A stretch of 64,000 nt of DNA from Blasia pusilla. Its lineage: Eukaryota. Each line of letters begins with the position of its first letter. Position 1 is the stretch's first letter. The stretch is from the NCBI GenBank assembly GCA_050084515.1, contig CM114271.1, positions 29,512,001-29,576,000 of the forward strand. The letters run 5' to 3'. Positions 63,432 through 64,000 of this stretch are shown piece after piece. The notes under the pieces were generated by a model. That model did not search any database, was not told the origin of the DNA, and worked only from the letters and a program-made list of their open reading frames with translations. The translations under genes and the position numbers were made by a program.

Positions 63432-64000
63432 CGTATCCTTACAGTGTTCGCACATCAAAACGGATTTCAGTTTAATTCTCCATAGCACAACTAGAACCAC
63501 GAGATGTAGTGGAGCGACAGCAAGACAGCCACTTCCAATCACATGGATGGGAATTGTGAATCACTTCATACTCCGCATCTATACACTCAGAGGTTCTATC
63601 TAACCCAACACAGCTAGCGGAAGTTCATGATCACCGAGAGAAATTAGCCCCGTGAAGAATTATCGAAGGTAAGGAAGAGCTACTCACAGATGCAACCCAT
63701 CGGAGCCCGACGGGTTGTGCGTCTTGCATGAATTCCTCTTCGTCCTTCATACTGTTCATGGACAGGCGTAGTTCTGTTTATCAGCGCCTTTCCGAAAAAT
63801 TGTTCAGACATGTCTCGATGTCATAGCTTCAAATAGATAAGACTAGACGACTGCTCCCAAGAGAGTTCTCATGAGCTGCTGCTCAACCCTTCTTTCTCTC
63901 TTGGCCTCATTTGCACTAGAGCACGAACGTGCATGCTGACCTACCCAGTGCATTCTCGATGAAGAGAACGTACTTAGCAAACCCGGGCCCAGATTAAAAT

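Overview
Repeat-rich eukaryotic nuclear DNA with no intact host gene recognised. Plant-type Copia and Gypsy elements, Helitrons and xanthine dehydrogenase fragments suggest a land plant; a non-seed plant is only a guess. The left half is a nested stack. A non-autonomous Helitron (about 7071-30344) carries fragments of an OFA-type MFS transporter gene. Inside it lies a Ty1/Copia element (9041-29797, minus), and inside that a Ty3/Gypsy-like element (11744-27025, minus, 4-bp TSD GCTT). The Gypsy-like element is itself interrupted by a solo-LTR-like insert and a second Copia family. It is the standout. Its decayed pol carries a DNMT3-like cytosine-5 methyltransferase domain between protease and RT and a PHD finger after a DDE integrase. 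It has no pair of LTRs: instead it has split direct repeats (sense order B-ORFs-PPT-A-B-spacer-A) with an internal end-to-end junction and no recognisable tRNA PBS. The right half holds hAT-type MITEs, a chromovirus remnant, a mini-Helitron, a decayed Helitron Rep region, a second full-length copy of the first Copia family between collinear XDH fragments, microsatellites and unassigned sequence. All domain calls come from motif recognition by eye, not from database searches.
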